A stretch of 64,000 nucleotides of DNA from Sedimentisphaerales bacterium. GTDB lineage: Bacteria > Planctomycetota > Phycisphaerae > Sedimentisphaerales > Anaerobacaceae. The DNA is taken from NCBI GenBank assembly GCA_963708075.1, contig OY970194.1, positions 6,560,001-6,624,000 on the forward strand, written 5' to 3'. The position numbers were made by a program, and so were the translations under genes. This document shows, in pieces, positions 41,085 through 50,194 of this stretch (position 1 is its first letter; each line of letters begins with the position of its first letter). Under the pieces are notes generated by a model, which worked only from the letters and a program-made list of their open reading frames with translations, did no database searches and was not told the DNA's origin.

Positions 41085-43094
41085 TCACAGGATGCCGTTG
41101 ACGCTGGTGAAGAGGGTTTCGAATCTTTCGAAGGCTTCGTCGGCGCCGGGCAGTTTCTGGATTTTTCTGTGGTTGCTGCGGAACAGGAATTCGGCCGGGA
41201 TCATCGGGTCGAAGTTGACGGGTTTCACCTGGCCGGTGGCGAAGGCACTGTGCACGATCTTCAGGACAGGCTCGTCGGTGACGGCGGCCACCGTGCGCGA
41301 CAGCCTGTGCCTGCGAGGCAATCCAAAGGATTGGTCCGTCAGTGCCAGGTACATTCGCGGGCCGATCAGGTCCTCGACCGTGCTCGTGGCCGGTTCGGCG
41401 TACTTGTGCAGCGGGAAGACGTGGCACCGTTCGAGCATGCGGGAGACCTCTCGATGCTCGGTGATCTCCGGGCGAACCTCGGAAAGACTCAGCAGCACGG
41501 CAAAGCCCGAAGCGTCGTTGGCCAGCAGACCCGCCAGGGTCGCCAGCCGGACGAGATCGCCGCACGGGACGATGGTCCAGGCCGGGTGCAGACCGGTCCT
41601 GCCTCGCTCGTTCAGGCGCGCGGAGAACCACTGGAGGTACAGCACATCCGCGGGCTTTTCCACCAGCAGCAGTTTCTTCGCCGCCGTCAGGTCCTGCATG
41701 ATCCGATATCCCAGCGACGCCTGAAGCGGCAGCAGGGTGTCATGGTCCATGCTGAGGACTTCATCGCCCACCTTTGTGCCCAGATACTCCAGCCTGCCGT
41801 CCGGCGTCTGCCGAGTCACCTCCTCAACTGTGCGAACCCACTGCATCCTCTCCGGATCGATCATGAACGGAGAGTGCGTCGCGTAAAGCACCTGGTACTG
41901 AGAGACCAGTCGCTCGCGGATGTATCGAAGCAGGTCCCACTGCGCCTTGGCGTGCAGGCCGAGCCCGGGATCATCCAGGAGGATGATGAGGTTGTCGCCG
42001 TAACGCCTGCGGACGCCGGCGTACCAGACCAGGAAGGAGAAGAACCAGACGAACCCGGTGCTGCGCTCCGAAAAGTTGAGGGACAGATCGGTTCTCGTAT
42101 TGACGATGCGGGTCTCGAAGACCAGCCCGCGGTCCATGGGCGACGGATCGCCCGGGCGGGCGGGGTAGAGATGGAAGCTGACCCTCAGGTCCCGCTCCTG
42201 ACTCCAGTACTTGGCGATCTCGACGGTGATGGGCCGGGCGGCGTCTTCCAGGTCCGCGATGAGCTCCTCCGACCGCTCGATACTGGTCAGTGCCTCCACC
42301 GAGGTGCCCCCGAGTTCCAGCAGCGCGAGGAAGACCCGGTCCGGGCCCGTGAGGTCGCCCTTCTTTCGTCTCTCCAGCAGCGCATCGATCGAGATGCGTC
42401 CATCCATAATGTGCCATTCGGAGAAGTACAGGAGCTTGGGCAGCAGCGCTCCCACGTGCTGCTCAAAGCATGCATTGTCGGCAGGAACAGGGTCGGCAGG
42501 CGGCGTCGGCATTGTCCGCGACGGGCTCTCGATGGAGCTTCGCTCCTCCTCGACTTCCGGCGTCTCCGTCTCCTTGGCAACATCCTGGATCTGTCTCAGA
42601 CTCCTCACAGCCTCCTCCAACATCCGAGAGCGATCGTCCAGATCGTCCGCGGTCTGCGCCGGCTGCGGGTCATGCGGCACATTCATCGATCGGCTGACGG
42701 ATGCGTTCATCGCTGTGAGCGAGCCGGTCCATCGGCGCCCGGGATAGTACCCTTTCTCTACGACTATGGTGCGGGATTTGACCGCGCCGGGGCCGAGGAT
42801 GCTCTCCAGCTTCTCGACATCCTTGTCCTCCAGCTCCCACGTGGTGATCAGGGCATCATCCGGCTCGCGATTGGGCTGCTTCTGATACTCGCGGCGGCGG
42901 GCCCGCGGATACTCCATCAGGACGTCGAAATTGGCCAGTTCATCGACATCCGGATTCAGCTTATAGAGTGCTTCCAGAAGCGAGGTCTTGCCGGCGCCGT
43001 TCTTGCCGACAAAGGCCGTTACCGGGCTGACGCTGAATTCCGTGGAATCCTCGATACAACGAAAGTTCTTGACTTGCATCCGTCGCAGCTTCAT
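41085..43094 (-). CDS. OLD-family/AAA_15 ABC-type ATPase with degenerate TOPRIM
   Basis: NFRCIED, VGKNGAGKTS.LEAL, SERSTGF.WFFSF, LLDDPGLGLH, THSPFMI and LLVEKPAD motifs. Confidence 0.85.
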   Translation of the reverse strand: MKLRRMQVKNFRCIEDSTEFSVSPVTAFVGKNGAGKTSLLEALYKLNPDVDELANFDVLMEYPRARRREYQKQPNREPDDALITTWELEDKDVEKLESILGPGAVKSRTIVVEKGYYPGRRWTGSLTAMNASVSRSMNVPHDPQPAQTADDLDDRSRMLEEAVRSLRQIQDVAKETETPEVEEERSSIESPSRTMPTPPADPVPADNACFEQHVGALLPKLLYFSEWHIMDGRISIDALLERRKKGDLTGPDRVFLALLELGGTSVEALTSIERSEELIADLEDAARPITVEIAKYWSQERDLRVSFHLYPARPGDPSPMDRGLVFETRIVNTRTDLSLNFSERSTGFVWFFSFLVWYAGVRRRYGDNLIILLDDPGLGLHAKAQWDLLRYIRERLVSQYQVLYATHSPFMIDPERMQWVRTVEEVTRQTPDGRLEYLGTKVGDEVLSMDHDTLLPLQASLGYRIMQDLTAAKKLLLVEKPADVLYLQWFSARLNERGRTGLHPAWTIVPCGDLVRLATLAGLLANDASGFAVLLSLSEVRPEITEHREVSRMLERCHVFPLHKYAEPATSTVEDLIGPRMYLALTDQSFGLPRRHRLSRTVAAVTDEPVLKIVHSAFATGQVKPVNFDPMIPAEFLFRSNHRKIQKLPGADEAFERFETLFTSVNGIL

Positions 43095-43286
43095 GACTGC
43101 ATTCCTCCACTGAGGTGTATATTCGCCTTTCGCCCCAGCCGACTTGCCAATCGTTCGCTATCCTAACAGGGGCTTCCGCATCCGTCAAATGCATGTCATT
43201 CATATTTTACTCTATAGCGCCCGGATGACGGTGAAATCCGGGTGGCGAATGGGATGAAGTCAGCCGGTGATCGACGAACGCGGCGC

Positions 43287-44345
43287 CTACTGACCCTCGA
43301 ACGAGTGCTGATCGGCCACGTTCAGCCCGGCCAACTCGGCCATGGCTTCCCATGTCAGGGCCGGACTATCGCTCTCTTTGTGATCGGCTGTCATATGCGT
43401 GGGGATACACAGCACTTCCATTTCCATGCCCGCGGGGCTCTCGATGTCCGCGCCGTCGGCCGGGAGGCACGTGAGATAGAAAGTAGTATCGTGGGTCGTG
43501 CCTTGCGGATCTTTGTGTGTCAGTCTTACGGCCAGCTCATCGTCCTGCTCGACGATCTCGACCTGTGCCGGCTCACCTGGCCCCGTATCGCTCATCTTTT
43601 CGAGCCATTCGCCGAGCGACAGACCCAGGAGAGTGATCTGTCCATCGAGCTCTCTCGCCAGTTGCCGGTTTCGGAATTCCTCAAGCTCGTCCGATTCGCT
43701 CTGCTTGTCTTGAAACGGCGGCAGGGGTGCGATTCCGGGCAGGCCGGACTGCGTCTTGACCAGCACCGCGCCGTCCCGGAAAACGACGCAGATGTGCGAG
43801 TCGTCCGGATTGGCCCAAACGTACACCTGGTTCGCCGCCCCATCAAAATAGGAACTGCTGAGCTGTTCGCCCTGCGCGCCGAGAAGGTCGGCCACTTGGC
43901 GATAGGTCATGCCTTTTTGAATCTGAGTGTACATGGAGCTCGTGAAGGTCAGGTCCGCGGCAGGAGGCGTCTGAGGGGCTTCGGCCTCCTGCGACGCCGT
44001 GGTATCGACAGCGTTCGCGTCAGGCGCGGGCACGTCGTCAGGGGATTGGCCGGCGGGTTGGACCGGCGGCTTCAGCCTGGTAAACGTGTACGCAATATCC
44101 TGACCCGAGACTCGGACTTCAATGCTGCTTTGTATGCCGTTCAGCAGCAGGGCGAATCCTTCGTAGGTTCCATCCGCCCTTTCCATCAGCATCACGGACC
44201 GGCAGCAGTCGTACATGCGCTCATTGATGTGAGCTTTGACGCGCTCCTGCAACTCGGTTCTGCTGATGCCTTGTGCACAGGATGTATTGGCTCCGAGCCA
44301 GCCAACCAACGCTAACGCCATTGCGGTATACATGGGTCTACGCAT
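43287..44345 (-). CDS. secreted protein with DUF3862/BLIP-like domain
   Basis: Signal peptide and Y.QIQ.GMTY.QV..LLG..G......YVW.N.D.S...V.F.DG....K.QSGL motif. Confidence 0.7.
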   Translation of the reverse strand: MRRPMYTAMALALVGWLGANTSCAQGISRTELQERVKAHINERMYDCCRSVMLMERADGTYEGFALLLNGIQSSIEVRVSGQDIAYTFTRLKPPVQPAGQSPDDVPAPDANAVDTTASQEAEAPQTPPAADLTFTSSMYTQIQKGMTYRQVADLLGAQGEQLSSSYFDGAANQVYVWANPDDSHICVVFRDGAVLVKTQSGLPGIAPLPPFQDKQSESDELEEFRNRQLARELDGQITLLGLSLGEWLEKMSDTGPGEPAQVEIVEQDDELAVRLTHKDPQGTTHDTTFYLTCLPADGADIESPAGMEMEVLCIPTHMTADHKESDSPALTWEAMAELAGLNVADQHSFEGQ

Positions 44346-44504
44346 AGCACGTCATCCTATAACAAGTGAAATCATCCTGTCAGTTGCTGAATGGACCCCA
44401 TTATACCATCGGCCGACCTGTTCTTGTCTCGCAAGTGCATCGCTGGTATAGTGGCGCTATATTCCTCGTTCTTGTAGGCCGCAAATGCAAAGGAGGTTCA
44501 GATC

Positions 44505-45452
44505 ATGGGCAACGAGTACAGCATATCCCGGCGGAGTTTCTTGAAAACGTCAGTGGTCGGTGCAGTGGTCGCAGCAACAGTCGGCAGGAATTCCGCGATG
44601 GCTGCACAAGGCGGCACATTGCGGCTGGGCGGGCCGGTCTTTGAGAAGGTCCAGGACTCGCAGGGCTGGGTCGACGCGGTCAAGAAACTGGGCTATTCCG
44701 CCGCGTATTGCCCCGTTGGACCTGATGCCGGCGACGACGTGGTCCGGGCCTACGAGGAGGCCGCGGCTAAGGCGGGCATCATCATTGCCGAAGTCGGGGC
44801 GTGGAGCAATCCGATCAGCCCGGATGAGCCGACACGCAAGGCTGCTCTGGAGAAATGCCGCACGAGCTTGGCCCTGGCCGACCGTATCGGGGCCCGCTGC
44901 TGCGTCAATATCGCAGGCACCCGCAGCACGCAGTGGGATGGTCCCGATGCCGCCAATTTCACGCAGGGAACGTTCGATATGATTGTCGAAACGACGCGGT
45001 CGATCATCGATGCTGTCAAGCCGACGCGGACGTATTTCACCCTGGAGATGATGCCCTGGGCCTATCCCGACTCGCCGGACTCGTACGTGCAATTGCTCAA
45101 GGCAATCGACCGCAAGCAGTTCGCCGTGCACCTCGACCCCGTGAACCTCGTGTGCAGCCCGCAGCGATACTACGGCAACGGCCGGCTCATCCGCGAGTGT
45201 TTTGAGAAGCTCGGCCCTTACATCCGGAGCTGCCACGCAAAAGACATCCTCCTGCATCCGAAGCTCACAACGCATCTCGACGAGGCGCTGCCGGGCACAG
45301 GCGGTCTGGACTATGCCACATTTCTCAAGGAGCTGAACAAACTGCCCGGCACGCCTTTGATGCTGGAACACCTGTCCAAGGCCGAGGACTACGTCCAGGC
45401 CGCCGACTACATCCGACGTGTCGCGAAACAACTGGAGTTGTCATTCGCCTGA
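44505..45452 (+). CDS. sugar phosphate isomerase/epimerase (TIM barrel), Tat-exported
   Basis: SRRSFLK, LEMMPW, VHLDPVN, CHAKD, PG.G.LDY and MLEH motifs. Confidence 0.9.
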   Translation: MGNEYSISRRSFLKTSVVGAVVAATVGRNSAMAAQGGTLRLGGPVFEKVQDSQGWVDAVKKLGYSAAYCPVGPDAGDDVVRAYEEAAAKAGIIIAEVGAWSNPISPDEPTRKAALEKCRTSLALADRIGARCCVNIAGTRSTQWDGPDAANFTQGTFDMIVETTRSIIDAVKPTRTYFTLEMMPWAYPDSPDSYVQLLKAIDRKQFAVHLDPVNLVCSPQRYYGNGRLIRECFEKLGPYIRSCHAKDILLHPKLTTHLDEALPGTGGLDYATFLKELNKLPGTPLMLEHLSKAEDYVQAADYIRRVAKQLELSFA

Positions 45453-45475
45453 TGGCCACCCCGGGTCAGCGGCGC

Positions 45476-45671
45476 GGGTGCGACTACATTTCGTGGGCCC
45501 CGATGGCTTCGCAGGGCGGGCGAGGACGCCCACCCTGCGCCCGGAGCCGTCGGCGCTCTTCGTAGGTCGTGCGTCCCCGCACGACTCTTTTGGCATTGAG
45601 TGGATACAGGTCGAAACGCACGGTTTCTCACCCGGCCGGCAGAATCTCCCCCACGAAATTTAGTCGCACAC
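45476..45671. mobile_element. MITE copy 2 (196 bp, 8-bp TSD AGCGGCGC)
   Basis: TIR gggtgcgactacatttcgtgg / ccacgaaatttagtcgcacac. TSD at 45468-75 and 45672-79. Interior similar to copy 1. Confidence 0.9.
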
Positions 45672-45680
45672 AGCGGCGCC

Positions 45681-45758
45681 GGGCGCCATGTCTACGCTGC
45701 GTAGACATGTCCGACCAGATGCCCATAGCATGCTTACGCGAGCGTAAGCATGGCGCCC
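45681..45758. repeat. REP-like doublet (GGGCGCCATG...CATGGCGCCC)
   Basis: Two hairpins, catgtctacgc-t-gcgtagacatg and catgcttacgc-ga-gcgtaagcatg. Related copy at 55297-55375. Confidence 0.8.
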
Positions 45759-45761
45759 GGA

Positions 45762-46948
45762 TCAGGCAGTGCCGGGGTTCTCGTGGGTCGATCCGCCGCG
45801 GTGGGCGGCGTGCTTGCCGTAACGGTCGCGGATCTTGTCCACGACCTGGTCGAGGCGCTTGAGCTTCTCCTGTTCGGGGTCGCGAAAGAGCAGTTGCTGG
45901 CCGGCCTGCTCCGGCGTCAGGCCGGATACGCCGAAGCCAAGCAGACGCAGCGGACCGCCGGAGCGGGCGTGCCATTGGCGAAAGACGTGCTCCGCCGTTG
46001 CCCACAGGGTCTTGGTGACGTTTGTCGCCTCGCTCAAGGTATCGCTGCGCGTCACCGTGCGGAAGTCGCCATACCGCAGCTTCAGTGTGACCGTCCGAGC
46101 CTTGAGTCTCTCCTGGCGCAGCGCTGCGCGACCTCCTCCACCTGTTCAAGCAGCACGGCCAGCAGTATCGCCGCATCGCTGATGTCCGTCGCGAACGTCT
46201 GTTCGCTCGACAGGCTCTTGCACTGGCGGTCCGGCTCGACGTCCCTGTCGTCCTCGCCCCGGGCCAGCCGCTGCAGGTCGTCGGCTCCGTTGCCGACGAT
46301 CCTCTGGAGTTCCTCCAGGCTGCTTTGGCGAAGTTGGCCGATCGTGTGAATGCCGTGTGATTTCAGGGCCTTCTCCGTAACCTGGCCGACGCCCCAGATC
46401 TTGCCGACCGCAAGCGGATCGAGAATCTGCTGCTTGTTCTGTTCCGTAATCACCACGAAGCCATCGGGTTTCTTCAGGTCCGACGCCAGCTTGGCGAGGA
46501 ACTTGTTCGGCGCGATCCCGACCGAGGCGGTCAGATGCGTCTGCTCGAGGATTTCCTTTTTGATGGCTCGGCCGATTGTCTCTGTGCTGCCGAAGAGATC
46601 GGTGCTGTCGGTGACGTCGAGAAAGGCCTCATCGAGCGAGATCGGCTCCACGAGGGGCGTGTACTTCTCGAAGATCGCGCGGATGATATGCGAGACCTCC
46701 GCGTACCGGTCCATCCGGACGGGCAGCAGGACGGCATGGGGACAACATCGGATCGCCTGGGCCGTCGGCATGGCGCTGTGGACACCGAACTTGCGGGCCT
46801 CGTAGGACGCGGCGCTGACCACGCCCCGGCTGCGCGCGTCGCCGCCCACGATGACGGCTTTGCCCTTGAGCTCCGGGTGGTCGTGCTGCTCCACCGAAGC
46901 GTAAAACGCGTCCATATCGACGTGAATGATCTCACGGGCCTTGCTCAT
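45762..46948 (-). CDS. dinB: DNA polymerase IV (frameshift near 46120)
   Basis: HVDMDAFYASVE, SYEARKFGV.SAMP, SLDEAFLD and NKFLAKLASD..KPDG. The little-finger domain (TVTLKLRY.DF.T.TRS) is in the next frame. Confidence 0.95.
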
Positions 46949-47079
46949 GACTTCACCGGGATACCATCATTGCTGATCATTGTACCAAAGTTCAGGTCCC
47001 GCGGACAGACTGTTTGATGTTTCGTGGCCTGGGAGGTATGCTTGAGCCCGATTATGACCCGGATGTCTCGGAGAAACTG

Positions 47080-49221
47080 ATGAACCCGCAAACGCCGTAC
47101 AACATGTCCTTACGATTCAGAATTCATGCGATCTGCCTGCTGGTGGCACTCGGTCTGCTCTGCGTGGGGCGAGCGGGTGCCCAGTCCAGTCTGAAGGTCG
47201 TTCTGCCGGAATGCGGACACCCGCATCTGGCGTGTACGGCCGAGGAACTGGGGCGGTTGCGGCAGGCATATCGCGGCCAGGGCGCCGAGCATGACGTCGT
47301 CGCCGCTTATGTGACGGATGCGGAGCGATTCATCACCGACCCGATCAACTTCCCGCCGCGAGGTGGTCAGCACAATCAATGGTATCAATGCGACAAATGC
47401 CAGGTGGCGCTGCGGACGATTGACGCGACTCATCATGAGTGCCGCAAGTGCAAGAAGGTCTACTCCGGGCCGCCGTATGACGATGTGATCTTTGCGCACG
47501 AGCATAGCCGCAATCTTCAGCGGATGACGACTGCCGCCTGGGCGTATGCGATCTCGGGCGACAGGAAATTCGCCGGATACGCCGCCAGGGTCCTGCTTGG
47601 CTATGCGGAGCGATACTCGCAATACCCTTATCACGACAACTCGTTGAAAACGAACCCAGCCGAGATGGGCAAGTCGGGCGGACACCTGTTCGAGCAGACG
47701 CTGAACGAGGCGGCGAGCATGGCGACCAGCATCGGCCCGGCGTACGACCTGATCCACGACTGTAACGCGCTATCGGCATCCGATCACCGGAAGATTCGCG
47801 AGGGCCTGCTGCTGCCCGTGCTCAGGAACATCGACAAGCACAAGGCAGGCAAGAGCAACTGGCAGACGTGGCACAACGCCGCGATGCTCTGGGGCGGGGC
47901 GCTGGTGCACGATCCGAACTGGGTCCGGAAGGCGGTCGCGGACGAGCGGAACGGGTTCTATTACCAGATGGATGCCTCCGTCTCAAAGGAGGGGATGTGG
48001 TATGAGAATAGTTGGGGGTATCACTTCTACACGCTCAGTGCGTTGATTGAGATGGCTGAGACGGCCCGGCGGCTGAACATAGACTTGTGGGACCACGAGC
48101 GGCTCAAGAAGATGTTCACGCTGCCGGTCTACTATGCGATGGGCGACGGGATGCTCCCGCGGTTCGGGGACGATGTCAATTCATCCGTCAGGCGGGTCGG
48201 CCGCATGTTCGAGCCCGCCTACCACGTCTATCGAGACCCGCAGCTTCTGCCGCTGCTGAGCAACAGACCAGGTTTCGAGAGCGTCCTCCTGGGACGACCC
48301 ACCCAGGCATCCGCCGAGTTGCCCGCACTACAGAGTATGGTCTTTGAGGAGGCGGGACACGCAATTCTGAGGGGGCCGGGCCCGGCGGGACTGACGGCGG
48401 CGATGACATTCGGACCCTACGGCGGTTTTCATGGGCACTACGATAAGCTGAGCTTCGTCCTCTTTGGCTTCGGCAGGGAGCTTGGCGTCGATCCTGGCCG
48501 AGCCGCCAGCCAGGCCTACCGCCTGCCCATCCATTCGAATTGGTACAAGGCCACGATTTCGCACAACACCGTACTGGTGGACGGGCGAAGCCAGAAGCCG
48601 GCCGCCGGCAAGCTGGAGCTATTCGATCGCAAGGATGGTTACACCGCCGTGGCGGCAAGCTGCCTGGAGGCTTACCCCGGCGTGACACATAAACGCCTGC
48701 TCTTTATCACCGACGCCTACCTGCTCGTCCTTGATGAGCTGCGCTCGGATGCCGATCGCCGGTTCGACTGGCTGTACCACAGCAAGGGCGCTCGCGTGGT
48801 TTGTGACCAGGCTCAGGACAGCGCAGCCCCGGCGGCGGACTACGCGGGCGGCGAGTACATCCAGAATCCCAGGCGGGGCACAACCGGTGAGCCGGTTCGT
48901 GCGCGGTTTGAGGATGGGAACGTGACGACGTACCTGACCATGGCCGGCTCGGCCGACACGATGGTAACAACCGGCGATGGGGTGGGCGCTTCGGTGGATG
49001 ACCGGGTCCCCATGGTCATTGTCGGCAGAAACGGCCGGGACATGCGTTTCGCGGCGGTCCTGGAGCCCGTGCGGGCCGGGGTGCAGCCGCAGGTTGTCGG
49101 CGTTCGGCTTGAGGAAACCCCCGATGGCTTGGCGGTCGCTGTGCAGCTTGACGGCCGCACAGATACCGTCAAAACACGCCCGGAGGGTGGGATTTCCGCT
49201 ACCCTGTCGCAAAAACCGTGA
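47080..49221 (+). CDS. alginate lyase / heparinase II/III-family polysaccharide lyase, secreted
   Basis: F.Q.LNEA, NWQ.WHN, G.WYE.S.GYHFY, HGH.DKLS, DPG...Y and T.SHNT+.VD motifs. Confidence 0.85.
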   Translation: MNPQTPYNMSLRFRIHAICLLVALGLLCVGRAGAQSSLKVVLPECGHPHLACTAEELGRLRQAYRGQGAEHDVVAAYVTDAERFITDPINFPPRGGQHNQWYQCDKCQVALRTIDATHHECRKCKKVYSGPPYDDVIFAHEHSRNLQRMTTAAWAYAISGDRKFAGYAARVLLGYAERYSQYPYHDNSLKTNPAEMGKSGGHLFEQTLNEAASMATSIGPAYDLIHDCNALSASDHRKIREGLLLPVLRNIDKHKAGKSNWQTWHNAAMLWGGALVHDPNWVRKAVADERNGFYYQMDASVSKEGMWYENSWGYHFYTLSALIEMAETARRLNIDLWDHERLKKMFTLPVYYAMGDGMLPRFGDDVNSSVRRVGRMFEPAYHVYRDPQLLPLLSNRPGFESVLLGRPTQASAELPALQSMVFEEAGHAILRGPGPAGLTAAMTFGPYGGFHGHYDKLSFVLFGFGRELGVDPGRAASQAYRLPIHSNWYKATISHNTVLVDGRSQKPAAGKLELFDRKDGYTAVAASCLEAYPGVTHKRLLFITDAYLLVLDELRSDADRRFDWLYHSKGARVVCDQAQDSAAPAADYAGGEYIQNPRRGTTGEPVRARFEDGNVTTYLTMAGSADTMVTTGDGVGASVDDRVPMVIVGRNGRDMRFAAVLEPVRAGVQPQVVGVRLEETPDGLAVAVQLDGRTDTVKTRPEGGISATLSQKP

Positions 49222-49371
49222 TATTTCGCGTCCCGGACGTTGCAGCATTGGCATGGTCGCGGTAGAATATGGTAAGAATTTGGGAACATACGCCCATCCC
49301 TGTGCATCTTATACCTGACCAGGGAAAAGGTGCCGGACCTGGGAACACAGGGTCTTGAGAGGAGCATGGTT

Positions 49372-50187
49372 ATGAGCACGCGAAGAGCGTTCACGCTGAT
49401 TGAGCTGCTGGTTGTCATTGCCATTATCGCACTTCTCATGGCAATTCTCATGCCCTCGCTGCAGCGGGCGCGAGAGCAGGGCAAACGAGCCGCTTGTGAG
49501 AGCAACCTCAAGCAGTTGACGCTGGCTTGGATCATGTACGCCGATGAGAACGACGACAAGCTCGTCAACGGCGCCGCCGGAAACGGTTGGCAGGCATTCA
49601 GTGCGTATGACCCTCAGAAGCACACGAACGAGAACCCCTGGGTGTGGCAGTGCTGGGCTAGTGATTGGGCGTCGGGCGGACAGATGCCGGTGGAGGATCA
49701 GAAAAAAGCGATCATGGCGGGGGCCCTCTGGCCCATCGTGAAGCAGTATAATCTCTACAGTTGTCCCACGGGGACGCGGGGCGAGATGGTGACCTACGCC
49801 CTTATGTTCTCCATGAACGCCATTCACTACGATTGGATCAAGGGCGTGAAAGGTGCCTATGTCAAGAGACGCAGTGAAGTTCGTCCGAATCCGGCGTTGA
49901 GACTGGCGTACATTGACGAGGGCTGGGTGTCGCCCGATGCCTTTGCCGTCAACTATAATAGGGGGATATGGTGGGATGATGCGCCGGTGCGCCACGGTGA
50001 CGGAGTGACGGCCTCGTTTGTCGACGGCCACGTCGAATACAAGAAGTGGAGAGGCGCTCAGACTATAAAGACCGGTAGGGCCAGAGTACGCGGCTTCAGC
50101 GGCGGCCAGTGGGCTCCCACAACCGACCAGGAGTGGGACGATCTGCGCTGGATGCAGCGGGGCTGCTGGGGCCGCTTGGGCTATTGA
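49372..50187 (+). CDS. prepilin-type N-terminal cleavage/methylation, DUF1559/H-X9-DG protein
   Basis: [30 protein letters not shown] and [14 protein letters not shown] motifs. Confidence 0.93.
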   Translation: MSTRRAFTLIELLVVIAIIALLMAILMPSLQRAREQGKRAACESNLKQLTLAWIMYADENDDKLVNGAAGNGWQAFSAYDPQKHTNENPWVWQCWASDWASGGQMPVEDQKKAIMAGALWPIVKQYNLYSCPTGTRGEMVTYALMFSMNAIHYDWIKGVKGAYVKRRSEVRPNPALRLAYIDEGWVSPDAFAVNYNRGIWWDDAPVRHGDGVTASFVDGHVEYKKWRGAQTIKTGRARVRGFSGGQWAPTTDQEWDDLRWMQRGCWGRLGY

Positions 50188-50194
50188 CAGCCGC

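Noticed and set aside
41085..43094. Gabija or PARIS system
   Set aside because: No UvrD-like GajB or AriB-like partner is adjacent, and the TOPRIM motifs are degenerate.
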